Assembly: GCF_009914755.1 (NCBI RefSeq)
Contig: NC_060946.1
DNA from: the human T2T-CHM13v2.0 reference genome, Homo sapiens
Strand: one strand, 5' to 3'
Length of the DNA stretch: 64,000 nucleotides
Under the pieces are notes generated by a model, which was given only the letters and a program-made list of their open reading frames with translations, was not told the DNA's origin and did no database searches. Positions within the stretch are counted from its first letter, which is position 1; each line of letters starts with the position of its first letter. A program made the position numbers and the translations under genes. Below, in pieces: positions 43,701 to 58,200 of this stretch.

Positions 43701-46500
43701 TAGAATGGAATGGAATGGACACGAAAGGATTGGAATGGAATGGAATGGAATGGAATGGAATGGAATGGAATGAAATGGAATGGAATGGAATAAAATGGAA
43801 TGGAATCAAAAGGAATGGAAACAGATGGAATGGACTGCAATGGAATGGAATCAAATGGAATGGAATGGAATGTCATCAAATGGAATCAAATGGAATGCGG
43901 TGAAGTATAGTGGAGTAGAGTTGAATGGAGTGTAATGGAATGCGGTGGAATGAAATAGAATTATGTGTAGTGTAGTAGAGTGCAAAGGAGTGGAATGGAA
44001 TGAAATAGGAAGGAATGGAATTGAATGGAGTGGAGTGGAGTGGAATAGACTGGAATGGAGTGGAATGGACTGGAATGGAATGGAATGGAATGGACACGAA
44101 TGGAATGGAATCGAATAGATAGGAATTGAATGGAATGGAATCAAATGGAATGGAAAGGAGTGAAATGGGGTAGAATAGAGTGGAATGGAAGGGAGTTGAG
44201 TGGGATGGGTTGGCATGGAATGGAATGGAATCGAACATAATGGAATGGAATTGAATGGAATCGAATGGAATGGAATGGGATATATTGGAATCAAATGTAA
44301 TGGAATTCAATTGAATGGGATTGAATGGAAGGGAATCTAATGGAATGGAATCGAATGGAATGGAAAGGAATGAAATTGAAAGGAATGGAATGGACTCGAA
44401 TGGAATAGAACAAAATGGAATGGACTGCAATGGAATCGAATTAAATGGAATGCAATCAAATGCAATGGTATCGAATGGAATGGAAGGGAATCGAATGCAA
44501 AGGATTCTAATGAAATGGAATGGAAAGCAACGGACACGAAAGGAATGGAAAGGAATGGCATGGAATAGAATGGAATCAAACGGAATTGAGTAGAATGGAA
44601 TGGAATCCAATTGCGTCCAATCGAATGGAATCAAATGGAATGGCATCTAATGGAATGGACTGGAAAGGAATGGAAACAAATGGAATGGAATAGAATGGAA
44701 TGGAATCGAATGGAATGGAATCGAATGAAATCAAATGGAATGCAGAGAAGTTGAGTGGAGTGGAGTGGAATGAAGTGGAATGGAATGCGGTGGAAAGAAA
44801 TAGAATGAAGTGTTGTGGAGTGCACTGCAATGGAATGGAATGGAATGAAATGGGAAGAAAGACATTGAACGGTGTGGAGTGGAGTGGATTGGAGTGGAAT
44901 AGACTGGAATGGAACGGTCTGGAATGGAATGGACTGCAAAGGAAAGGAACGGAATGAGCTCCAATGGAATGTAACTGAATGGAAAGGAATCGAACGGAAT
45001 GGAGTCAAATGGAATTTAATGGAGTGAAATGGAGTGGAAAAGAGTGGAATGGAAGGGAGTGGAGTGGGATGGGATGGAATGGAATGGAGTGGAATGGAAT
45101 GGAATGAACTCGATGGAATGGAATCACACATAATGGAATGGAATGGAATGGAATGGGATGTAATGGAAAGGAATGGGATGGAACGGAATCGAATGGAATG
45201 GAATCTAATTCAATGGGATCGAATGGAATGGAATCGAATGGAATGGAATCGAATGTCATCAAGAGGAATCAAATGGAATAAGGTGAAGTGTAGAGGAGTG
45301 GATTGGAATGCCATGGAGTGGAATTGGGAAGAATGGAATTTAATGTAATGGAGTGGAGTGGAATAGAGCGGATGAAATGAAATGGGAAGGAATGGAATTG
45401 ACTGGAGTGGAGTGGAGAGGAATAAAATGGAAAGCAATGGAATGGAATGGAAAGGAATGGAATGGAAACAAACGGAATGCAATGGAGTGAAATGTAGTGG
45501 AAAGTAATGCAATGGAATGGAGAGGAGTGGGATGGGATGGAGTGGAGTGCAGTGGAATGGAATGCAATGGAAAGGAATGGAATGGAATGAACTCGATTGG
45601 AATGGAGTACAATGGAAAGGAATGGCATTGAATGAGATGGAAAGGAATGGACTCAAATGGAATGGAAAGTAATGAAATGGAATGGTATGAAATAGAATCG
45701 AAAGGCATGAAATGGAAATGAATTGAATGGAATCGAATGGAATGGACTCGAAAGGAATGTAAAAGAACGAAATGGAAAGGAATGGAATAGAAAGGAATGG
45801 AATGGATTCGAACAGAATGGAACAAAATGGAATGGAGTGCAATGGATTTGAATGGAATGGAATGCAAACGAATGCAATGATATCAAATGGAATGGAAATG
45901 AATCGAAAGCAATGGCTTCCAATGAAATGAAATGCAAAGGAATGGACATGAAAGAATGGAGTGGAATGGAATGCAATGAAATGGAATCGAATGGAATGGA
46001 ATCTAATGGAATAGAATCAAATGGAATGGACGGTAATGGAATGGAATCAAATGGAATGGAATAGAATGGAATGGAATCGAATAGAATGGAATTGAATGGC
46101 ATCGAATGGAATTAAATGGAATGCGGTGAATTTGAGTGGAGTGGAATGGAAGGGAGTGGAATGGAAAGGGGTTGAATGCAATAGAATGAAGTGTAGTGGA
46201 GTGAAGTGCAATAGAGTGGAAAGCAATGAAATGGGAAGGAATGACATTGAATGGAGTGGAGTGGAGTGGAATAGACAGGAATGGAATGGAATTGAATGGA
46301 ATGGAATGGAATCGAATGGAATGGAATAGAATAGAAAGGAATCAAGTGGAATGGAATCCAATGGAAAAGAAAGGAGTGAAATGGAGTGCAAAGGAGTGGA
46401 ATGGAATGGAGTGGAGTGGGATGGGATGGAGTGGAGAGGAATGGAATCGAACGGAATGGAGTTGAGTGGGATGGGATGGAGTGGACTGGAATGGAATGGA
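37750..46500 (+). repeat. Domain of ~1.8-2.6-kb three-cassette higher-order units (about 4 copies)
   Basis: Anchors fall in repeating A-B-C order at 37821/38431/39149, 40312/40907/41605, 42938/43303/43897 and 44742/45280/46123. Units 1 and 2 share rare markers at a ~2.45-kb offset. Confidence 0.7.
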
Positions 46501-49384
46501 ATGGAATGGACTAGAATGGAATGGAACAGAATAGAATGGAATGGAATAGAATGGAATGGAATGCAAAATAATCGAATGGAATGGAAGGGAAATGGAAGGA
46601 ATGGACTCGAATGAATGAAATCGAATGGAACGGAATATATTGGAGTGGAATCCAATGGAATGGAATCGAATGGAATGGAGTCGAATGGCATCGACTGGAA
46701 TGTGATGAAGTGGAGAAGAGAGGAGTGGAATGGAGTGGAATGAAATTGGGTGGAATGGAATTTAAGGGAGTGGAGTGGATTGCAGTGGAATTGTATGGAA
46801 TGGAAAGAGAAGGAATGTAATTGATCAGAGTGGAGTTTAGTGGAGTGGAGTACAAATACAATGTAATGAAATGGAATGGAATGGAAACGAATGTATTGTA
46901 ACATAATTGAATGGAATGGAATCGAATGCAATGGAATGGAATGGAATGGAATCCACTGGAATGGAATCGAATGGAATGCAATTGAATTGGGAGGAATAGA
47001 GTGGAATGGAATAGAATGGAATGGAATGGAATGACATCGAATGGAATCAAACGGAATTCAGTGAAGTGGAGAGGATTGGAGTGCAAAGTAGTGGAATGGA
47101 ATGGGGTGGAAAGGAATTGAGTGAAGTGTAGTGGAGTGGAGGGGAATGGAGCGCAAAGGAATGGAAAGCGAAAGAATGGAATTGAACAGGGTGGAGTGGA
47201 GTGGATTAGAATGGACTGGAATGGAATGGACTGGACTGGAATGGAATGGAATGGAATGAATTGAAATTAATGGAATGGACTCAAATGGAATGGACTTGAA
47301 TGGAATGGAATCGAATGGAATAGAATCAAATGGAATGGAAACGAATGGATTCAAATCAAATGGATCGGAATGGAATGTATTGGAATGGAGTGGAATGGAA
47401 TTGAATGGAATGGAGAGGAATGGAATGGACTCGAATACAATGGAATGGAATGGAATGGAATGGATTCGAATGGAATGGACTGGAATGGTATGGAATAGAA
47501 TGGAATGAAATAAAATGGAATGCAATCGAATGGAATAGAATCAAATGAAGTGGAATCGAATGAATGGAATTGAATGGAATTGAGTCTAATTGAATGAAAT
47601 GCATTGAAGGGGAGCGCAGTGTAGTGGAATGGACGAGAAAGGAATGGTGTGGAATGGATTCGAATGGAGTGTATTGGCATAGAGTGGAATGGAATGGGAA
47701 GGAATGGAATTGAACAGAGTGGAGTGGTTTGGAGTTGAGTGGAATGAAATGTAATGGCATGGAGTGGAATGGAGTGGAGTGGATGGGAATGCTTTGGAGT
47801 CGAGTGGAATGGAATGGAGTGGAATTGAATGGAATAGAAGGGAAGGGAAAGTACGAGAATGGAATGGAATGGAATGGATTAGAATGGAATGGAATGGAAT
47901 GGAGAAGAATGGAATGGGATGGACTTAAATGGAATGGACCTGAACGGAATGGACTGGAATGGAATGTCCTCGAATGAAATGGACTCAAAGGGAATGGAAT
48001 CGAATGGAATTCAATCGAATGGAATGGAATCGAAAAGAATGGAATCGAATGGAGTGTAATCGAAAGGAATAGAATTGAAAGGATGGGAATCGAATGGCAT
48101 CTAATGGAATCGAATGGAATGCAGTGATGTGGAGTGGAGTAGTTTGGAATGGAGTGAAATGGAATGGGGTGGAATGGAATTGAATGGATAGGAGTGGAGT
48201 TTAGTGGACTGGAGTGGAATGGAATGGAATGGGAAGGAATGGAATTGAAAGGAGTGGAGTTGAGTTGAGTGGATGGGAGTGGAGTGGAATGCAATTTAAT
48301 GGAATGGAATGCAGTGGAGTGGAGTGGAAAGGAGTGGAATGCAATTGAATGGAATGGAGTGGAGTGATGTGGAGTGTAGTGGAGAGGAGTAGCATGGAGT
48401 GGAAGGGATGGAGTGGAGTGGAATGGAATGGAGTTGAATGGAATGGAGTGGAGTGGGGTGGAGTGCAGAGGAATGGAGTGGAAAGGAATGGTATGGAATG
48501 GAACGGAATGGAATGGAGTACAGTGGATTGGATTGAAGTGCAGCGGATTGGAGTTGAATGTAGTGTAGTGGAAAGGAGTAGAGTGAAATGGAATGGAGTA
48601 TAGTGCAATTGAATGGAGTGGAGTAGAGTGGGGAGGAGAGAAGTGGAGTGGAGTGCAGTGGAATGGAATGGAATGGAATGCAATAAAATGGAGTGGAGTT
48701 GAGTGGAATGGAGTGGGGTGGAATGGAGTGGAATTGAGTGGAATTGAATGTACTGGATTGGAATGGAATGGACTGGAATAATATGGAATGTAATGGAATG
48801 GACTGAGTGGAGTGGAATGGAATGTAATTTACTCGAATTGAATGGTCTCGAATGGAATGGAATCGAAACGAATGGAATTGCATGGAATGGAAACGAACGG
48901 AATAGATTCGAATGGAATGGAATTGAATGGGATCAAATTGAATCGAATGGAATGCGGTGAAGTGGATTGGAGTGGATTGGAATGGAGTGGAATGGAATGG
49001 GGTGGAGAGGAATTGAATGGAGTGGAGAGGAGTGGAGTGGAATGCAATGGAATGGGAAGGAATATAATTGAACTTAGTGGAGTGGAGTAGTGTTGACTGG
49101 AATGAAATGGAATACAAATGAATGGAGTGTAGTGTAGTGTAGTGAAGTGGAGTGGAGTGGAATGGAATGGAATGGAATGTAATGGAATGGAATGGAATGG
49201 AATGGAATGGGATGGGATGGAATGGAATGGAATGGAATGGAATGGAATGGAATGGAATGGAAATGAAGGGGATGGAATGGAATAGAATCCAATGGAATGG
49301 AATCGAATTGAATGGAATCGAACGTCATCAAATGGAATCCAATGGAATACGGTGAAGTGTAGAGGAGTGGATGTTAAAGCAGTG

Positions 49385-49633
49385 GAATGGAATGGGGTGG
49401 AATGGAATTGAATGTAGTGCAGTGAAGTGGAATGGAGTGAAACGGAATGGAATTGGAAGGAAAGGAATTGAATGGAGCGTGTTCGATTAGAGTGGAGTGG
49501 AATGGAATTTAATGGAATGGAATGGGGTGGAATGGAATTGAATGTAGGGCAGTTAAGTGGAATGGAGTGGAACGGAATGGAATTGGAAGGAATGGAATTG
49601 AATGGAGCGTGTTCGATTAGAGTGGAGTGGAAA
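49385..49633 (+). repeat. 130-bp tandem duplication
   Basis: The distinctive marker GGAGCGTGTTCGATTAG recurs, with GTTCGATTAG at 49481 and 49611. Confidence 0.88.
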
Positions 49634-51495
49634 GGAATGCAATGCAATGGAATGGAAAGGAATTTCAAATAATCCAATGAATGGAATGGAGTGAACAGGA
49701 GTGGAAAGGAGTGGAATGGAATGGAGTGGAGTGGGATGGGATGGAGTTGGGTCGAGTGGAATGGAATGCAATGGAATGGAACGGAATGGAATGGAATGGA
49801 ATGGAATGGAATGGAATGGAATGGAATGGAATGCACTCGATTTGAATGCACTAGAATTCAAAGGATTGGAGTGGAGAGGAATGGAATGTAATGGAATGGA
49901 CTCGAATGGAATGGAATGGAGTCGAATGGAATGGAATGGAATATAATGCAATGGAATGCAATAGAATCAACTGGAATGGAATGGAAACGAATGGAATGGA
50001 ATGCCATGGAATGGAATAGAAGGGAATCAAATCTAATTGCAAGGAATGTGTTGAAGTGGAGTTCAGTGGAAAGGAATGCAGTGCAATGGAATGGTTAGTA
50101 ATGGATTCCAATGGAGTGTAGTTGAGTGGAATGGAATTGAATGGAATGGAATGGAATGGACTGGAATGGAACGGAATGGAATGGAATGGAGTGGAGTGGA
50201 GTGGAATGGAATGGAATGGAATGGAGGGGTGCGGAGTGGAGTGCAGTGGATGGGAATGGAAAGGAATGGAATGGAATGGAATGGATTGGACTTGAATGGA
50301 ATGGAATCAATTGGAATGGAATCCAATGGAATGGAATCAAATGGACGGGAAGCGAATGGCATTGACTGGAATGAAGTGAGGTGGAGAAGAAAGGAGGGGA
50401 ATGGAGTGGAAAGGAATGGAGTGGAATGGAATTGAATGGATTGAAGTGGATTGGATTGGAATGGAGTCAATGGAACGAGAAAGAATAAAATTGAACAGAG
50501 TGGAGTTTAGTGGAGTGGACTGGAATGGAATGAAATGGAATGTAATGGATTGGAAAGGAATGGAATCTAATGGAATGGAATGGAGTAGAATGGACTGCAA
50601 TGGATAGGATTTGAATGGAGTGGAGAGGAATGGAATGGAATGCAGTGGAGTGGAATCCACTCAAACGGAATGCAGTGGAACGGAATGCCCTGGAATGGAA
50701 TTGAGTGGAATGGACTGGAGTGGAAAGGAATAAACTCGAATGGAATGGACTGGAAAGGAAAAGACTCGAATGGAATGGTATGGAAGGGGCTTGAATGGAA
50801 TGGACACGAATGGAATGGACTGGAATGCAATGGTCTCGAATGGAATGGAATCAAACGGAATGGACTCGAATTGAATGGAATTGAATGGAATGGAATCAAA
50901 CAGAATGGAATCGAATGGAATGGAATTGAATGGAATGGAATTGAATGAATGAAATTGCATGGAATGGAATCAAATGGACTGGAATTGAATGGGACAGAAT
51001 GGAATCAAATGGAATACATTGAAGTGGAGTGGAGTGAAGTCAAATGGAGTGCAGTGAAATGAGGTGGAGTGGAATGGAATGGAGTTGAGTGGATTGGAGT
51101 GGAATGCAATTGAATGGGAAGGAATGGAACTGAAAGGTTTGGAGTGGAGTGGAGTGGAATGCAGTGGAATGGAATGAAGTGTAGTGGAGTGGAGTGAAGT
51201 GTAGTAGGATAGAGTGGAGTAGAGTGGAGTGGAGTGGAGTGGAATGGACAGGAATGGAATGGACTCGAATGGAATGGACATGAAGGGAATGGACTCGAAT
51301 GGAATAGAAAGGAATGGAATTGAAAGGAATGGAATAGAAGGGAATGGAATTGATTGGAATGCGGTGAAGTAGAGTGGAGTTGAGTGGATTGGAGTGGAAT
51401 GGAATGGAGAGGAATGGAAGTGAATGGAGAGGACTGGAGTGGAATGGAGTGGAATAGAATTGAATGGAAAGCAATGGAATTGAACAGAGTGGAGT

Positions 51496-51584
51496 GGAGT
51501 GGAGTCGAGTGAAATGCAATAGAATGGAAGAAAGTGGAGTGGAGTCGAGTGAAATGTGAAAGAATGGAAGAAAGTGGAGTGGAG
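51496..51584 (+). repeat. 40-bp tandem duplication
   Basis: GGAGTCGAGTGAAATG-nnnn-AGAATGGAAGAAAGTGGAGT at 51501 and 51541. Confidence 0.8.
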
Positions 51585-53824
51585 AGGAGTGGAGTGGAGT
51601 GGAGTGGAATGGAATGGAATGGAATGGAGTGGAATGGTGTGGAGTGGAGTGGAATGTAACGAAATGAAATGGAATGGAATGGAATGGAATGGAATGGAAT
51701 GGAATGGAATGGAATGGAATGGAATGGAGGGGAATGGAGTTGATAGGAGTGGAATGGAGTGAAGTGGAATGGAATGGAGTGGAATTGAATGGAGCAGAGT
51801 GGAATAGAATGAAATGGAATAGAGTGCAATTGAGTGGAATGGCATGTAGTGGAATAGAATGGTATGGAAATAAAAGGAATGGAATGGAATGAAATGGAAT
51901 GGAATGCAAAGGACTCGAACTTAATGGACTCGAATGGAATGGATTCGAATGGAATGGACTGGAAAGCAATGGACTCGAAAGGAAAGGCCTCTAATGGAAT
52001 GAAATCGAATTTCATGGACTCGCATAAAAAGGACACGTATGGAATGGAATCGAATGGAATGGAATAGAATGGAATGGAATGGAATCGAATGTAATTCGGT
52101 GAAGTTGAGTGGAGTGTAATGGAGCGGAATGGAATGGAATGGGAATAAATGGAATTGAACGAAGTGGAGTGGAGTGGAATGGAGTGGAATGCAATGGAAT
52201 GGAATGGAATGGAGTGGAGTGGAGTGAAATGGAATGGAGTGGAGTGGAATGCAGTGGAGTGGAGTGGAGTGGAATGTAGCGGAGAGGAATGGAATGTAGT
52301 GGAGTGTATTGGAATGGAAGGGAATGGAATGGAATGGAATTGAGTGAAGTTGAGTGGAGTGGAATGGAATGGAATGGAAAGGAATGCAACAGAATGACGT
52401 GGAGTGGAATGGAATGGAACGGAACAGAATGGAAGTGAATGGAGTTTAATGGAATGGAAAGTAAAGGAATGGAAAGGAATGGACTTGAATGGAATAGACT
52501 GGAATGGAATGGACTGGAATGAAATGGACTCGAATGGAATGGACTCAAATGGAAAGGACTGGAATTGAATGGAGTGGAATGCCCTCAAATGGAATGGACA
52601 CTAATGGAAGGGAATCAAATGGAATGGAATCGAATTGAATGAAATCGAATGTCATCAAATGGAATAAAATGGAATATGGACAAGTGTAGAAGAGTGAATT
52701 GGAATACAGTGGAAGGGAATTGGGTGGATTGGAATTTAATGTACTGGAGTGGAGTGGAAGGGAGTGGATGGAATGGAATGGGGAGAAATGGAATTGAATG
52801 CAGTGGAGTGGAGTGGAATGGAATGCAATGGAATAGAATGTAAAGAAATGGAATGGAATCGAATGGAATGGGATGGAGGGAAATGGAGTGGAAACAAGTG
52901 CAATGGAATGGATTGGAGTGGGATGGGATGGAGTGTAGTGGAGTAGAATGGAATGCAATGGAATGGAATGGAATGGAATGGAAAGGACTCAATTGGAAAG
53001 GACAAGAATGGAATGGAATGGAATTCAATAGAATCGAACGGAAAGCAATGAAAACGAATTGAATGGAATCGAACGGAATGAGATCAAATGGAATGTAATC
53101 GAATGGAATGGAATGGAATGGAATGGACTCCAATAGAATGGAAAAAATGGAATGCAGTGCAATGTAATCGAACGGAATGGATTGCAATTGAATGCAATGG
53201 TATCGAACGGAATGGAAGGGAATCAAATGCAATGGATTCGAATGAATTGGAATGGAATAGAATGGAATGGACACGAAAGGTAAGGAATGGAATGGAATTG
53301 AAAGGAATGGAATGGAATTGAATCTAATCGAAATGAATGGAATGCAATCAAATGAAATGGACTGGAATGGAATGCAATAAAAGGGATTGGAATCGAATGG
53401 AAAGGAATCCAATGGAATGGATTCGAATGGTATCAAATGGAATCAAATGGAATGCGATGAAGTTGAGCAGAGTAGAGTGGAATGCAGTGGAATGGAATGG
53501 GGTGGAATGGAATAGAATGATGGGTAGTGGAGTGGAGTGCAAAGGAGTGGAATGGAAAGAAATGGGAAGGAATGGAATTGAACGGAGTGGAGTGGAGTGG
53601 AGTGGAATAGACTGGAATGGAATGGTCTGGAATGGAATGGAATGGATTTGAATGGAATGTAATGCACCCGAATGGAAAGGAAACGAATAGTATGGAATAG
53701 AATGGAATGGAATGGAGTGAAATGGAGTGGAAAGGAGTGGAATGGAAGGGAGTGGAGTGGGATGGGATGGAATGGAATGGAATGGAATGGAATTGACCAT
53801 AATGGAATGGAATGGAATGCTACG

Positions 53825-53835
53825 TAATCTAATCA
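53825..53835 (+). promoter_or_regulatory. Perfect match to the DUX4 consensus site (TAAYYYAATCA)
   Basis: The sequence is TAATCTAATCA. This is a motif match only, with no functional evidence. Confidence 0.25.
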
Positions 53836-54814
53836 AATAGAAAGGAAACGAATGGAAAGGAATTGAATGGAAAGGGAGGGAATGGAATGGAATGCAATGC
53901 AGTGGAATCGAATGGAATGGAATTGAATTGAATGGGATTGAATGGAATGGAATAGAATGGAACGTAATTGAATTGAATGTAATCAAATGTCATCAAGTGG
54001 AATCAAATGGAATACGGTGAAGTGTAGATGAGTGGATTGGAATGAAGTGGAATGTAATGTGGAGGAACGGAATTTAATGTAGTAGTGTGGAATGGAGTGG
54101 ACGTAATGAAAAGGAAAGGAATGTTATTGAATGGAGTGGAGTGGAGTGAAATGGAATGCAATGGAATGGAATGGAAAGGAATTGAATGGAAACGAACGGA
54201 ATGGAATGGAGAGAAATGGAGTGGAAAGGAGTGGAATGGAATGGAGTGGAGTGGGATGGGATGGAGCGGAGTGGAGTGGAATGCAAAGCAATAGAATAGA
54301 ATGGAATGAAATGAAATGGATTGGAATGGACTAGAAAGGAATGGAATAGAAGAGAATGAGATGGAATAGAATGCACTAAAATGGAATGGAATGAAATGGA
54401 ATCGAATGGAATGGAAGGGAAATGAATTGAAAGTAATCGAATGGATTTGACATGAATGGAATGGAATCGAATGGAATGGAAAGGAATGGAATGGACTCGA
54501 GTGGAATGGAACAAAAGGGAATGGAGTGCAATGGAATCGAATGGAATGGAATTCAATCGAATGCAATGGTATCTAATGGATTCTAATTGAATCCAGAGCA
54601 ATGGATTCCAATGGAATGGAATGGAAAGGAATAGCCACGAAGAAATGGAATGCAATAGAATGGAATGAAATGTTATCGAAAGGAATGGAATGGAATGGAA
54701 TGGAATGAAATCGAATGGAATATAACAAATGGAATGGACTGGAATGGAATGGAATCAAATGGAATGGAATTGAATGGAATGGAATCAGATAGAATGGAAT
54801 TGAATGGCATCAAT

Positions 54815-55230
54815 GGAATCAAATGGAATGTGGTGAATTTGAGAGGATTGGAGTGGAATCGAGTGGAATGGAATGTGGTGGAATTTTATAGAATGAAATG
54901 TAGTGGAGTGAAGTGCAATGGAGTGGAATAGAATGATAAGGGAAGGAATGGAATTGAACAGAGTGGAGTGGAGTTGAATAGACTGCAATGGAATGGAATG
55001 GAATGGAATGGAATGGAATGGAATGGAATGGACTCGAATGGACTCGAATGGAATCAAATAGAATGTGGTGAATTTAAGAGGAGTGGAGTGGAATGGAGTG
55101 GAATGAAAACGGGTGGAATTTAATGGAATGATATGTAGTGGAGTTAAGAGCAATGGAGTGGAATAGAATGATAAGGGAAGGAATGGAATTGAACAGAGTG
55201 GAATGGAGTTGAATAGACTGCAATGGAATG
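54815..55230 (+). repeat. 235-bp-period duplication, half diverged and half near-identical
   Basis: GAATGATAAGGGAAGG at 54931 and 55166. GTTGAATAGACTGCAATGG is repeated, and GTGGTGAATTT anchors both copies. Confidence 0.8.
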
Positions 55231-58200
55231 GACTGGAATGGAATGGAATGGAATGGACTTGAATGGAATGGAATCGAAGGGAAAGGAATCGAAAGGAATG
55301 GATTCGAATGGTATGGAAAGGAATGAAATGGTGTGGAAAGGAGTGGAATGGAATTCAGTGGAGAGGGATGGGATGGAGTGCCATGGAATGGAATGGAATT
55401 GAATGGAATGGAATGGAATGGACTAGACTGGAATGGAATGGAATGGACTCGAATGGAATGGAATGGAATGCAATAGAATCAAATGGAATGGGGTGGAAAC
55501 GAATGAAATGGAATCGAAAGGAATGAAATCGAATGGAATGGAATCAATAGGAATGGAAAACAATGGAATGGAATCGAAAGGATTGGAATCAAAAGGCATC
55601 GACTGGAATATGCTGAAGTGGAGAAGACCAGTGTGGAATGGAGTGGAATGAAATGGGGTGGAATGGAATTTAATGGAGTGCAGTGGATTGCAGTGGACTG
55701 TAATGGAATGGAATGAGAAGAAATGGAATTGATTGGATTGGAGTTCAGTGGAGCAGAGTGGAAATGAAATGCAAAGGAATGGAATGAAAAATAATGGAAT
55801 AGAATGGAATGGAATGGAACGGAATTGAATCGAATCAAATTGACTGGAATGGAATCGAATGGAATGGAATGGAATTGCGTGGAATAGAGGGGAATGGAAT
55901 CGAAAAGAATGGAATTGAACGGAATGGCATCAAATGGCTTGGAATCGAATGGCATCAAATGGAATCAAATGGAATTCGGTGAAGTGGAGTGGAGTGTACT
56001 GCAAAAGAGTAGAATGGAATGTGGTGGAAAGGAATTGAGTGGAGTGGGGGGAATGGAGTGGAATGAAGTGGGAAGGAATGGAATTGAATGGAGTAGAGTT
56101 GAGTGGAGTGGATTGGAATGAAATGGAATGGAATTGACTGGAATGGAATGGAATGGAAAGAATGGAATTTAATGGAATGGACTGGAAGGGAATGGACTTG
56201 AATGGAATGGAATCGAATGTAATAGAATCAAATGAAATAGACATGAAAGGAATGAAATCGAAAGGAATGCAAAGGAATGTAATGGAGTGGAATGGAAAGG
56301 TATGGAATGGAATAGAATGGAATGGAATGGAATGGAATGGAATGGAATGGAATGGAATGGAGAGGAATGGAATGGACTCGAATTTAATGGAGTGGCATGG
56401 AATGGACTCGAATGGAATGGACTTGAATGGAATGGAATACAATGGAATGAAATCAAATGCAATGGAATCGAAGGGAATGGAATCAAATGGAGTGGAATCG
56501 AACGGAATGGAATTGAATGGAATCGAATCTTATCAAATGGAATGCATTGAAGGGGAGTGCAGTGGAGTGGAATGGAGTGCAATGGAATGGTGTGGAATGG
56601 ATTCGAATGGAGCGTATTGGTGCGGAGTGGAATGGAATAGAATGGAATGGAATGGAGTAGAGTGGAGTGGATTGGAGTGGAGTGGAATGGAATGGAAAGG
56701 AATGAAGTGGATTGGAGGGGATTGGAGTGGAGTGCCGAGGAGGGAAATGGAATGGATTGGTATGGAATGGAATGGAATGGAATGGAATGGAATGCACTCT
56801 TCGTGAATGGAATGGATTTGAATGGAATGGAAAAGAAAGGAAAGGAATCGATAGGAATGGAATCCAATGAAATGTAATCAAATGGAAGGGAATCGAATGG
56901 CATCGACAGGAATGCCGTGAAGTGGAGAAGAGAGGAGTGGAATGGAGTGTAATGGAATGGGGTGGAATAGGATTGAATGGAGTGGAGAGGATTAGAGTGG
57001 AATGGAGTGGGATAGAATGAGAAGGAATGGAATTGAATGGAGTGGATTATAGTGGAGCGGACTGCAATGGAATGCAAGGTAAGGAAATGGATTGGAAAGG
57101 AATGGAATGGAATGGAATGGAGTGGAATAGAGTGGAATGCAGTGGAATTTAACAGAGTGGAGTGGAATGGAATACAGTTTACTGGGATGCACTCAAACGG
57201 AATGAACTCAAATGAAATGGAATGGAATGGAATTGACTGGAATGAAATGGCCTGGAATAGAATGGACTCGAATGGAATGGACTGGAATGGAATGGACCAT
57301 AAGGAATGGACTCCAATGGAATGGACCCGAAGGGAATCTAATCAAACATACAGGACTGGAGTGGAATGGAATGGAATGCAATGCAATGCAATGGAATTGA
57401 ATCGAATTGAATCAAATTGAATGGAATGGAATCGAATGGAATGGGATGGAATGGAATCAAATGGAGTGGAATCAAATGGAATGGAATCAAATTGAATGGG
57501 ATGGAATGGAATGGAATCAAATAGAAAGGAATTGAATTGAATGGAACCGAATGTCTTCAAATGGAACCAAATGGAATACGGTGAATTGTAGAGGACAGGA
57601 GTGGAATGGAGTGGAAAGGAAAGGGGTGGAATTGAATTGAACATAGTGGAGTGGAGTGGAGTGGAGTGGTGTGGAATGGAGTTGAATGGAATGGGGTCAA
57701 AGGAATTGAATGAATTGGAGTGGAGTTGACTGGAATGGCATGGAATGCAATGGATTGGGAAGGAATGAAATTGAACGGAGCGGATTGGAGTGGATTTCAG
57801 TGGAATGAAATGGAATGGAACAGAGTGGAATGGAGTGGAATGGATTGGAATGCTTTCGAGTAGCGTGGAATGGAATGGAGTGTAATGGAATGGAATGGAA
57901 TAGAAGGGAAGAGAAGGACGGGAAGGAATGGAATGCAATGGAATGGAATGGAATGAAATGGAATGGAAAGGAATGGAATGGAATGGAATGGAATGGAATG
58001 GAATGGAAAGGATTGGAATGGAATGGGAAGGACTCCAATGGATTGGACCTGATCGGAATGGACTGGAACGGAATGGACGCGAAAGGAATGGACTCAAAGG
58101 GAATGGAATAGCATGGAATGCAATCGAATGGATTATAATCAAAAGGAAAGGAATTGAATGCAATGGAATTGAATGGAATGGAATCGAATAGAGAGCAATG

